Positions 1 through 8,505 of a stretch of DNA of 24,000 nt are shown here, piece after piece. Source of the DNA: Microcystis phage Mvi-JY20; the sequence record PP438412.1. One strand, given 5' to 3'. A program made the position numbers and the translations under genes. Within the stretch, counting starts at the first letter, position 1. Each line of letters begins with the position of its first letter. The notes below the pieces were generated by a model. The model saw only the letters and a program-made list of their open reading frames with translations, had not been told where the DNA came from and searched no databases.

Positions 1-1
1 C

Positions 2-271
2 AAGATTCGTGGAATCACGATTGAGCAGGCACGAGAACTCGTAGGGCACGAGATGACGGCTGCTCGACATATGCTCAAGGAGATGAGCTATGTACCCGAT
101 CTCTATAGGCACGAGAGCATCTGGGATATTGCGCGTGAGATTCGTTTACGTGCAAAGCACGACCTTACCGCGATACCAAAAGCCGTGGACTGGTTGCTTT
201 TACAAGATGAGGTCGGCTACACTCCCGACGAGATTGTTAAGAGGTACATGCAGCACCGTGACACGCTATAA
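2..271 (+). CDS. hypothetical protein, 5'-truncated by the window edge
   Basis: The frame is open from base 2 (KIRGITIEQARELVGHEMTAARHMLKEM...HRDTL*). The tracked ORF at 53 is an internal Met. It ends just before or overlapping the helicase gene. Confidence 0.55.
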   Translation, partial: KIRGITIEQARELVGHEMTAARHMLKEMSYVPDLYRHESIWDIAREIRLRAKHDLTAIPKAVDWLLLQDEVGYTPDEIVKRYMQHRDTL

Positions 272-2270
272 ACCCCTGAGGTTTGATCCTGAAGAGTATC
301 GTGACCCTGAAACTAAGCAGGTGCGCCTACCTAGCCGTTTGACAGGACGGAAAGGGACATTCTACGCCAACCCGCTTCAAGAGCTTTGCATTCCCTACAT
401 TAACAGCGATTCAAACATGATGATCGCAGCTAAAACGGGTGCAGGGAAAACGATCTGCATTAACATGCAGGTTTACAGGTACCTCAAAGGTGGTGGCACG
501 GTCGTATACCTAGCTCCTTACAAGACCTTGGCCGATGAACGTTTTGATGAATGGAGCACCGGCCCATTCAAAGAGTTTGGAGTGGCTACAGTCAGCGGCG
601 ATTTCAAATGGACAGAAGATCAAATTCAGCGCGTGGCGAACGCGCAACTTATATGTTGCACTCCTGAATCGTTGTTAGCCGGATTGGTTAACCACAAGTC
701 GCGAAAGCACGATTGGATTAAAAAGATCGCATTGCTCGTAGTAGATGAACAACACGTAATTGTTGACGAGCAACGCGGGGCTAGTCTGGAAAGTGCAATA
801 TCGACACTAGCCCAACGCAATCATGACCTCCGCATAATCGGCGTGAGTGGAACCCTTCCGAACGCCGATGAATTTACGCAGTGGTATACAAATCTGACTA
901 ACCGACCGTCGGTGGTTGTGGCATCAGATTACCAACCCGTGCCCATCCAGCGTCATTTTTATCATCTAGCCATACCTTTGCGCGGCGAAGCCTACGATGA
1001 TGGTGTGGAGGAAATCTATCACAACATCAGCCACATCGAAGAGCAATACCCAAACGATCAGTTTCTCATTGTGGTGTACACAAAGAAGGTTGGCTACGAA
1101 CTCCAGAAAAGGTTTCGACGCGACGGTATAAACGTTGACTTTCACTCAGCGGACATCATATCCCGCGAGGAGCGCAAGCGCATCGAGAACAGCTTTAGAA
1201 GCCGAAACGTACGCTTCTTGATCTGCACCACAACTCTTACCGTGGGCGTTAACCTTCCGGCAAGACATGTAATCTCCACACAGTCTATGTGGGGATACAA
1301 CCCTGTACCCGCACACGTTATCTTACAGGCCATTGGACGCGCAGGAAGAGCCGGGGTTGACGATAGAGGCTACCAGCACGTCTTTGTTAGTCCGGGCGAT
1401 GACCATGTACGCATAGCGCAGGGTACTCATGTAGTAAGCCAACTACCCAATTCGTTTGCTCTTCAACTACTACTTGCGATCTACAACGGTCGAGTTCGCG
1501 GCCCAATGGATTTGCACCCCTGGTACAACTCGACGCTTTGTTCGGTGCAAAAGCTACTACCTCCAGTCGAAGAGCTTTTCGGACTACCGAGGCTGTTACC
1601 TAACACGTTGGCGCAACTCATACAGTCGCAGATGATCCGAATTAAAGACCCTGAGGTGGAGGAAGCTCTTCAAGAGTTTGAGACTACTAAACGGGGAGAC
1701 ATTTGTGCGCAAATGATGCTTGACCCCGTGGAGTTTTACGAGCGTTGCTTTGCCATGAATCGGCAGGTACTTAACAAGCCTAACCCGACTGAGATAGACA
1801 TCGCTTTCGCGTTTGGTGACTTAAAGGCGTACGAAAAGGCAGGCGGCAGCGATCGACGAAATCGGCATATCACGATTGACGCTTTCCGTAGCTGTAAGGC
1901 ACCCGCCCATGCGCAAGCTGTTTACAACACGCTGCGCAACATCCCTATGCACGATCCGACCTTGAACCAGGCGGCGTTTACGGTAAAGCAAGACCTGAAG
2001 CGTTGGTGTGGAGCTATGATGCGGGCAAAGCAGGAAACCAAGGTGCTTCCAAACGGGACTCTCGAACAAATCTACGTAACTTGTTTGAGAGTTATGCGCG
2101 GTATTCCAGAACGTGATGCGCGGAGAGAGTACAACCGTTGGAGACCTGATGAGATTGCACGTCTGACGGCCTACGACATTTACACTCTTGCCGATGCAAA
2201 GCGGCATCCCGACCGTGTTGTGGCGGCAGGCGTAAGTCGCCGCCGTCGATCTGAACTTGGACTACCATGA
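258..2270 (+). CDS. Ski2/Hel308-like superfamily 2 helicase
   Basis: Walker A AAKTGAGKT, motif Ia APYKTLADE, TPE, motif II VVDEQH, motif III SGTLPN, motif V TTTLTVGVNLPARHVI, motif VI QAIGRAGRAG. The tracked ORF begins at 90, but residues before about 258 overlap the upstream gene and look non-native. GTG at 258 is the proposed start. Confidence 0.88.
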   Translation: MTRYKPLRFDPEEYRDPETKQVRLPSRLTGRKGTFYANPLQELCIPYINSDSNMMIAAKTGAGKTICINMQVYRYLKGGGTVVYLAPYKTLADERFDEWSTGPFKEFGVATVSGDFKWTEDQIQRVANAQLICCTPESLLAGLVNHKSRKHDWIKKIALLVVDEQHVIVDEQRGASLESAISTLAQRNHDLRIIGVSGTLPNADEFTQWYTNLTNRPSVVVASDYQPVPIQRHFYHLAIPLRGEAYDDGVEEIYHNISHIEEQYPNDQFLIVVYTKKVGYELQKRFRRDGINVDFHSADIISREERKRIENSFRSRNVRFLICTTTLTVGVNLPARHVISTQSMWGYNPVPAHVILQAIGRAGRAGVDDRGYQHVFVSPGDDHVRIAQGTHVVSQLPNSFALQLLLAIYNGRVRGPMDLHPWYNSTLCSVQKLLPPVEELFGLPRLLPNTLAQLIQSQMIRIKDPEVEEALQEFETTKRGDICAQMMLDPVEFYERCFAMNRQVLNKPNPTEIDIAFAFGDLKAYEKAGGSDRRNRHITIDAFRSCKAPAHAQAVYNTLRNIPMHDPTLNQAAFTVKQDLKRWCGAMMRAKQETKVLPNGTLEQIYVTCLRVMRGIPERDARREYNRWRPDEIARLTAYDIYTLADAKRHPDRVVAAGVSRRRRSELGLP

Positions 2271-3034
2271 GCAGTTATCATGAAAGTATCGCCTGGGAAA
2301 GGGCTGTTCCCGTTTATACGACCGAATTTCCCCCAAACAGCTTTATCAAGATCACTGAAGGGGGAGCTACATATGTCCTCAGTATTGTCAATGCTCCACC
2401 GCCAGACAACAAACTAGGAGTTCGTGAGTTAACCGGACAAATCATTTGGGCAAGCGAAGCGGCGGCATGTAATGTGGGCGACTTACTACACCTAAAGTTC
2501 CCTGCAAAAGTGCCTGGTGTACTAACCAAGGAAGTCATGTACGCTGCACCTCCAGGCCAGGGTGTGTCCAATCCCGCTCTCAGCGCAGAACAAAACGCCT
2601 TCTTTATTGTCAGGCAGGTGCATAACCTAGTAAGGAATCGTCTACCGGCTTTACAAGCCAAAAACAAACGGATTCGCTATGTACCGCACATTGAGATCAT
2701 TCAGTACCTATTACACCAAGGACACTGGACAGCCAGTTCTCCAATAGATTTCCAAGCCGATCTACGGGCGCAACCCGCCTACACAACGCTTACCAAACGA
2801 CTACAGAGACTACTCAAAAATTACCCGGAGATGTTCTCAGTGACTATGCAAGGCGTTCGTGTTCGTACCGATAAAGATTGGGCCGTACACTACATGACCG
2901 TTGACGGGGGCACTGCTTCCAAGGGTAATATCCTTGTCCACGCGGGTACGGTGCGTGAGGCATTCCGCATGGCGTCTGAAGCGTTTTTAACGCTCATGAG
3001 CGCGTTTAGTAAGGTAGACGTTGTAGAGAGATAA
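2267..3034 (+). CDS. hypothetical protein
   Basis: 255-aa ORF with ATGA-type overlap with the helicase stop and TAATG-type overlap with the polymerase start. It fits the continuous gene array. Confidence 0.75.
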   Translation: MSSYHESIAWERAVPVYTTEFPPNSFIKITEGGATYVLSIVNAPPPDNKLGVRELTGQIIWASEAAACNVGDLLHLKFPAKVPGVLTKEVMYAAPPGQGVSNPALSAEQNAFFIVRQVHNLVRNRLPALQAKNKRIRYVPHIEIIQYLLHQGHWTASSPIDFQADLRAQPAYTTLTKRLQRLLKNYPEMFSVTMQGVRVRTDKDWAVHYMTVDGGTASKGNILVHAGTVREAFRMASEAFLTLMSAFSKVDVVER

Positions 3035-6000
3035 TGAAACCAATCGCACCCGCAGGCCCCGAAGATGCACCGCTTTTGATTGTTTCGTCCGCCCCTTGTG
3101 ACGAAGAGCTTCGACATAAGTCTGCGGGCCACGGACTAGGCTACGAACTCTTACTCGATGCGCTGCACGACGTAGGTATTGACACTAAGAACGTGCGCTA
3201 CTGCCATGCCTACCCCGAGCTACGCGCCCGAGGTACGTTAACCCAAGCGCAACTAGACAAGTGGAAGGAGTTCTTGCGCCTTGAGTGCGCCGGTCGAGAA
3301 TGTGTTGTTGCGTTGGGTAAGTCAGCAGCGTATGCTACGGGCATACTCGGAACTTTCAAGGCCACAAACGTACGTAAGGGTCGCAAACTGAAAGTACAGC
3401 ATGAGGAAGACCAAGATGCGATTACCATGCTCTACAGCGACGACCTGTTCTTTTTGGAGAAGGAGCCTGAAAAGACCCCCAAGTTCGCAGAGCACTTTGA
3501 AGTTGTAAGACGTATATTGACCAAACAACCGCTTAAACTTCCCAGGGTTACGATTACCTACATCGAAAAGCCTGAAGATGTTAATGCGCTGTACTTAGCC
3601 ATACGCGCCACCCCAAAGCGTCTTGCAGCTTATGACTACGAGGCCGACACACTTAATGCCACGATTGCTACGCCTGCGTGTTTGGCTTTTTGTTTAGGTA
3701 AGTGCGAAGACGGCTCCTACAACGTGTGGGTTTGGGTGAATGAGGACAAGCTAGTACCTCGCTACGACCACAAAACGCAAAAGCGATTTAAGCGTATTTG
3801 GAAAGAGTTTTTCATGAGGGCGCGAAGGAAATTCAAGTTGATCGCGCACAACCGTGCCTACGACGACTGGATTACGAAGGCGTACTTCAAGCTCGATGAC
3901 AGTTTTAAGGGTTCAACGCATGACACCATGATTCAATCGTGGTCGGTCGATAACTCAACCCGTAACGGACTTAAAGAAATCGCCAGGCAGCTTGGCTACC
4001 CTGACTATGATGCCAAGATTGATGCCTTGGTCAGCGAAGTGTCCTCGCGGCGCGGTAGGGTTTTGACGCATCCAGACGATTTCAGAACCTTAGAACGGTT
4101 CAACTACAAGCCGGTTCTTACGGAGACCACACTAAAGAATGGCAAGGTGAAGCGCACCTATAAGTGGCCTAAAGAAGCGGACAAAAAACTAGCGGCGTGG
4201 TCTCTCATCGACACGCCCACGCTCGTTCGTTATTGTGCTTACGACACAGTAATGACCTGGAAATCGCACGTCAAGTTTTACAAGACCATCTGCAATGAGG
4301 ACTTGCGCGATAGCTACGAGTTCAGGATGAAAATATCCGACCGCGCTATCGCAAGTATGCAGCGCGGTTTTTGGGTGGATGTAGACCTAAACCGTAAATG
4401 GCACCGTGAACTCAAGGAGATTATTGCGGACGCCGAGCATAAGATGCGCCGACGCTTGGAGGCGATGGAATTTGATAGTGAGTTCGTAGACGCCTTCAAT
4501 CCTCAATCAGGTGCGCATCTGATGCGCGTACTCTTTGGCCCTTCGGTTAAAGTGCCGAAGATTGACATCGACCGGTTCGCAGACAACTTCTGTTCTCGCC
4601 ATCGCATACTCCCATCGCAACTGGAGTTTGATGCCTTCGAGAATGAGATCAACAAGATACACGCGGAGGTGTACAACACCAAGGCATTTCGCCAGCAGAT
4701 TTTGCTGGGGGCCCCGATGAGCAACGAGGCTCTGAAGAAGGCGATCAAGGCAAAAACTTTGAAACTTCAAAGTTTTCAGGGCCTCGACGTCCCGTTTACG
4801 GAGGCACCTGTCTACTACAACGGGATGTACACGCCCACCGTTTTCACCAAGACGGGAATCCCTAGTACCGCGAAAGCCGTACTTGAAAACTACCTATCGC
4901 AAAACCCTGAGGACGAGTTTCTTAGCCTGCTTCTAATTCACAGAAGGGCGAGCAAGATTCTATCGACTTTTGTTGATGGTATCTACGATAAGCTAGACAA
5001 TCAACACATACTTAGGTCGTTCCTTAACGTGATAGGCACTAACTCAGGGCGTTGCAGTTCTTGTGTGCGGGCAGGAACTCTCGTAGAGACTTCAGAGGGA
5101 CTGAAACCCATCGAGTCCTTGAAGCAAGGAGACCTGGTGCTCGGGCATGACGGAAAATATCATGAGTGCCTACGGGATGCGTTTAAGAAGCCAGATTCTC
5201 ATTTTTACCGAGTAACCACAGCTTCAGGAGCTTCTGTAGCTTGCACCCTAGCGCATAGGTTCAACACGCCCGATGGGTGGAAACGCCTTTCGGAACTTTC
5301 TGTTCATTCTGAAGTGATCGTGTATACAAACACACCTACAGGAGCAACTTTTACAACTGATCGAATCGTCTCAATCGAGAAACTTGAATACGGTACGCCG
5401 TGGGATATTACGGTTGCAGACGCGGAAAGCTACTGCGCTCAGGGATTCGTCCACCACAACTCGTCCCCCAACAGCCAGAACTTCATAAAGTATCTGCGCG
5501 GGCAGTGTCAACCACGAGCCGGTTACAAGTTCGTAGAGTTCGACTTATCCCAAGCTGAAATCCGTGTTATCGCTGCGCTATCAAAGGACAAGGCTCTACA
5601 GGCCGCCTTATACGCAGCAGATAACGATAAGAGCGGGCAAAAGAACGACTATGGTCTGAAACCTGACGTACACACTCAGGTTGCCGCAACCATTTACAAG
5701 AAAGAATGGCTACATGTTACGCCGAACGAACGTCGTGCCGCCAAAACCGTTGTCTTTGGAATGGTGTACGGTATGACGGCAAAGCGTCTGGCCTTCACAC
5801 TTGAGTGCGACTACGACGAAGCCGCACAGATTATCGTAGACTTCTTTGCGGCGTTCCCAGATGTCAAGCGGTGGCTTGAGCACCAAGCAGAGTTGACACG
5901 TAAAGCCCCATACTACGTCTATACGGCTTGGGGTACTCGGCGCACGGTGAAGAACGGACTGTCAAAATTCAAGGCCGTTCGAGCAGCCGCAGAACGGGTG

Positions 6001-6399
6001 GCTGGGAACATGCCGGTTCAAGGTACAGCCGGTGAATACACCTTATGGCTCATAGATCGGATTCTGGAGCTTGCAGAAGAGAACGAGCTTGATGTACACT
6101 TCTTGAACACAACCCACGACTCCGGCACGTTTGAGGTGTTAGAAGCGCATGTTGAAGCGTTCACCGCTTTGATCTACCAGGCCGCTAATGAGCCTGCACC
6201 TAGACCTCAGATTGCCAAAGTGAAGTTTGTCGTCGATGTTGAAGTCAACATGTACTGGTCTGGAGAACCTAACCTCGCTAAAGCCATTGATCCTAAGCTG
6301 GCAGACAAAAAGGCAGGCGTACGCTGGGAACTCATCAACCTCGACTTGCTAGACCCCGACGACCGTAAAGATTTGGAGGAGATTGGTTTTGCAGCCTGA
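3034..6399 (+). CDS. polA: Family A DNA polymerase with N-terminal uracil-DNA-glycosylase-like domain, 3'-5' exonuclease and in-frame mini-intein
   Basis: N-terminal LLIVSSAP...VVALGKSAA resembles a UDG fold. Exo motifs: AYDYEAD, AHNRAYDDW, YCAYDTV. Pol motifs: GRCSS/SSPNSQN (around the intein), A FVEFDLSQAEIR, B RRAAKTVVFGMVYG, C THDS. Confidence 0.93.
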   Translation: MKPIAPAGPEDAPLLIVSSAPCDEELRHKSAGHGLGYELLLDALHDVGIDTKNVRYCHAYPELRARGTLTQAQLDKWKEFLRLECAGRECVVALGKSAAYATGILGTFKATNVRKGRKLKVQHEEDQDAITMLYSDDLFFLEKEPEKTPKFAEHFEVVRRILTKQPLKLPRVTITYIEKPEDVNALYLAIRATPKRLAAYDYEADTLNATIATPACLAFCLGKCEDGSYNVWVWVNEDKLVPRYDHKTQKRFKRIWKEFFMRARRKFKLIAHNRAYDDWITKAYFKLDDSFKGSTHDTMIQSWSVDNSTRNGLKEIARQLGYPDYDAKIDALVSEVSSRRGRVLTHPDDFRTLERFNYKPVLTETTLKNGKVKRTYKWPKEADKKLAAWSLIDTPTLVRYCAYDTVMTWKSHVKFYKTICNEDLRDSYEFRMKISDRAIASMQRGFWVDVDLNRKWHRELKEIIADAEHKMRRRLEAMEFDSEFVDAFNPQSGAHLMRVLFGPSVKVPKIDIDRFADNFCSRHRILPSQLEFDAFENEINKIHAEVYNTKAFRQQILLGAPMSNEALKKAIKAKTLKLQSFQGLDVPFTEAPVYYNGMYTPTVFTKTGIPSTAKAVLENYLSQNPEDEFLSLLLIHRRASKILSTFVDGIYDKLDNQHILRSFLNVIGTNSGRCSSCVRAGTLVETSEGLKPIESLKQGDLVLGHDGKYHECLRDAFKKPDSHFYRVTTASGASVACTLAHRFNTPDGWKRLSELSVHSEVIVYTNTPTGATFTTDRIVSIEKLEYGTPWDITVADAESYCAQGFVHHNSSPNSQNFIKYLRGQCQPRAGYKFVEFDLSQAEIRVIAALSKDKALQAALYAADNDKSGQKNDYGLKPDVHTQVAATIYKKEWLHVTPNERRAAKTVVFGMVYGMTAKRLAFTLECDYDEAAQIIVDFFAAFPDVKRWLEHQAELTRKAPYYVYTAWGTRRTVKNGLSKFKAVRAAAERVAGNMPVQGTAGEYTLWLIDRILELAEENELDVHFLNTTHDSGTFEVLEAHVEAFTALIYQAANEPAPRPQIAKVKFVVDVEVNMYWSGEPNLAKAIDPKLADKKAGVRWELINLDLLDPDDRKDLEEIGFAA
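4751..4776. repeat. copy 1 of the 26-nt dispersed palindromic repeat CAAAAACTTTGAAACTTCAAAGTTTT
   Basis: Identical 26-nt string at 16602..16627. Arms AAAACTTTGAA / TTCAAAGTTTT with a 2-nt centre. Confidence 0.85.
5062..5460 (+). other. mini-intein (133 aa, no homing endonuclease) within DNA polymerase
   Basis: Starts CVRAGTLVETSEGLKPIESLKQGDLV (block A, Cys1). Block B-like VACTLAHRFNTPDGWKRLSEL. Ends SYCAQGFVHHN followed by Ser+1. Removal restores the conserved PolA string GRCSS-SSPNSQN. Confidence 0.93.
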
Positions 6400-7159
6400 C
6401 ACTGATACTCTCAAGAAGATTAGAATGTACGCTACGTGCATCGCCAACTATGGCGATCTACCTAGCAACAAGTTAGCCCCTGACCAATCAGACGAACTTC
6501 TTCGCGCAAGGTCTTTCCTGGCTAAACATGCACGAGAAGTGCTTGAGTCGTTAGTGGGCGATCTTGATGCGTACTTCCTGTTTGACTCTGAACTGTTTGG
6601 TTTCGAGATCGACTTGAATACGCACACTATGCCTCAGATTGAAAAGGTGCTTCGGCGCACAGAACCTCCCAAGTTAGAACTTTCAAATGGAGGAGCATTA
6701 AAGTACACCCTCAATAACCTGTATGCTTCACTAACTGAACTCTCTGGCGTCTATGAGGAGTTGGCCGGTGCCCGTGCATACGTTACCGAACTGTCTAAAC
6801 ACATCGAGGGTGTATTCAAAGCCGTGGTTTCTACTTCAAATGAATGGCGTGGAGCTTCGCTTATGTGCGTCTACACCCACCAGGACACGAAACGGAAGAT
6901 CGCATTGCTTGCCAAGTACCACACAAAGGTGCGTCACCGTATCGAGTCGCTACAGACTGCACTCACCATCGTTAGCAGGCACATCACGTTGGATCAACAC
7001 CTACACGATGCTTCGTCGCGGGTAGACGACGAAAACACCTATGTGCCCCGCAAGAAATCGTCATCCTCAGACATGACGCCTATCCGCCGTGAACCTAAAT
7101 CGAACAGTACACGGTCAGCGCAAAGTGTCTTAGATCGCTTGAAATCGAAATCTCAGTAG
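6383..7159 (+). CDS. hypothetical protein
   Basis: 258-aa ORF overlapping the 3' end of polA, with an alternative start (TTG) or a slightly later start. Helical N-terminal part and basic, Ser-rich tail. Confidence 0.7.
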   Translation: MVLQPDTDTLKKIRMYATCIANYGDLPSNKLAPDQSDELLRARSFLAKHAREVLESLVGDLDAYFLFDSELFGFEIDLNTHTMPQIEKVLRRTEPPKLELSNGGALKYTLNNLYASLTELSGVYEELAGARAYVTELSKHIEGVFKAVVSTSNEWRGASLMCVYTHQDTKRKIALLAKYHTKVRHRIESLQTALTIVSRHITLDQHLHDASSRVDDENTYVPRKKSSSSDMTPIRREPKSNSTRSAQSVLDRLKSKSQ

Positions 7160-7168
7160 AGCTACACT
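7139..7168 (+). promoter_or_regulatory. putative sigma70-type promoter (TTGAAA-18 bp-TACACT)
   Basis: -35 and -10-like hexamers in the 3' end/intergenic space just before the gene at 7183. Spacing and -10 match the candidate at 16640. Confidence 0.45.
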
Positions 7169-7182
7169 CAGAACATAAGGCC

Positions 7183-8505
7183 ATGCCGAAAACACCAACC
7201 AACGCAAAGGGCGGCGACGCGCTGTCCAAATTCATCAATGCCGCCGCGCAGAATGCTGACCGTGGACACTCCGTGGTTCAAGCGTCAGGCAAGCGTACCG
7301 GACAGTTCCAGCTTGACTTCAAGGACAAGGAACTAGCCTCTAAGGGCCTAGTTTTCTACATGCTTGGTAACCCGGTCGAGCTAGAACAAGCCCTAAAACC
7401 GCCGTTCGGGGTAGCCATTCCCGGAAGGCGCATGACGGTAAGTTTCCACCGCAAGGACACGGCTCCGACCGATGCTAGTATCACAAAGATTCTGGTACCG
7501 GAACCCCTAGACCCTGACGACATCGACCATCTACCCCAGGATTTCGAGGGTGTCGAGTTTAGCGAAGCGCAGTTCGTGATGGTGAATCGCGTACTGGTCT
7601 ATTATTGCGGGATGCTCGAACTGGGTAAGCGCGTGAAAGGCTCCACGTATACGCTTGACACCGAGACTATTGAGCCCGGTTTCTACTGGATCGACCTGGC
7701 TCCTGCGCTGAGTAAGTCGCTTGGAAAACTCGACGCCTCACCCGATGGTGACCATGCGTTTGAACGCACTACCAAGGTGCCGTTCTACCCCGTCACCCTA
7801 GCCCGCGAAGCTCTCGGATCGTCCCACACGTATACGCTCCACGCTCCGATCCATTTCGGAAGCCGTTGGCCTGAGGACGACTACCCGACGTTCGATGGCG
7901 CGGAAGACTACGCTTCACTGCTAGAGGAATTCCACAACCAGTTTGGTCTTGACATGAAAGCGATTACTGAAGTCAGTGACGAGATGGTGTCGCATGGACG
8001 AGACCTAGCTTCGCTGACCAACCTTATCACGATTGGGCAAGATCGACGTGCTGCTAAGGACGTGGATGACGCGGAAGAAGAGGAAGAAGAAACGTCACGT
8101 CCCGCACCCAGAGGTCGTACAGCACGGCCTGCATCCACTACTCGCAAGCGTACCGTTGTTGACGAGGATGAAGATGAGGATGAGGAGGAGGAGGAAGATA
8201 TCAAACCTAAGAAGAAGGCTGCCGCCCCTGCACCCACTACTCGCAAGCGTACCGTTGTTGACGAGGATGAAGACGAAGACGAGGATGATGCCCTAGACCT
8301 CCCGGAAGACGAAGAGGACGAGGAGGAAGAAGAAGAAGAGGTCAAGCCTAAGAAGAAGGCTCCTGCACGTAAGCAGCAGGTCATCGAAGAAGACGAAGAG
8401 GAAGAGGACGAGGAGGAAGAGGAAGAGGTCAAGCCTAAGAAGAAGACAGCTTCTCCCCCGGCCCGGCCCGCCGCCACCGCCCGACGACCTTTAGGACGTA
8501 GGTAA
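7183..8505 (+). CDS. hypothetical DNA-metabolism protein with a C-terminal acidic/KPKKK repeat tail (possible ssDNA-binding function)
   Basis: 440-aa ORF immediately upstream of the RecA-like gene. Globular N-terminal part of about 290 aa, then alternating poly-Glu/Asp and KPKKK modules. Confidence 0.8.
   Translation: MPKTPTNAKGGDALSKFINAAAQNADRGHSVVQASGKRTGQFQLDFKDKELASKGLVFYMLGNPVELEQALKPPFGVAIPGRRMTVSFHRKDTAPTDASITKILVPEPLDPDDIDHLPQDFEGVEFSEAQFVMVNRVLVYYCGMLELGKRVKGSTYTLDTETIEPGFYWIDLAPALSKSLGKLDASPDGDHAFERTTKVPFYPVTLAREALGSSHTYTLHAPIHFGSRWPEDDYPTFDGAEDYASLLEEFHNQFGLDMKAITEVSDEMVSHGRDLASLTNLITIGQDRRAAKDVDDAEEEEEETSRPAPRGRTARPASTTRKRTVVDEDEDEDEEEEEDIKPKKKAAAPAPTTRKRTVVDEDEDEDEDDALDLPEDEEDEEEEEEEVKPKKKAPARKQQVIEEDEEEEDEEEEEEVKPKKKTASPPARPAATARRPLGRR
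8135..8273 (+). repeat. tandem intragenic repeat: a 40-nt exact repeat (8135-8174 and 8234-8273) encoding TTRKRTVVDEDED
   Basis: ccactactcgcaagcgtaccgttgttgacgaggatgaaga occurs twice, 99 bp apart. Further degenerate modules (GAG/GAA runs plus aagcctaagaagaag) continue to about 8450. Confidence 0.85.

Noticed and set aside
90-257. N-terminal extension of the helicase ORF
   Set aside because: Overlaps the upstream coding frame and looks like out-of-frame translation. The helicase more likely starts near GTG 258.
1821-2207. 128-aa minus-strand ORF inside the helicase gene
   Set aside because: Shadow ORF without motifs or plausible context.
8320-8450. Possible microsatellite or CRISPR-like array of GAG/GAA triplets
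   Set aside because: It is in-frame coding low complexity (poly-Glu) and is explained by the protein tail.
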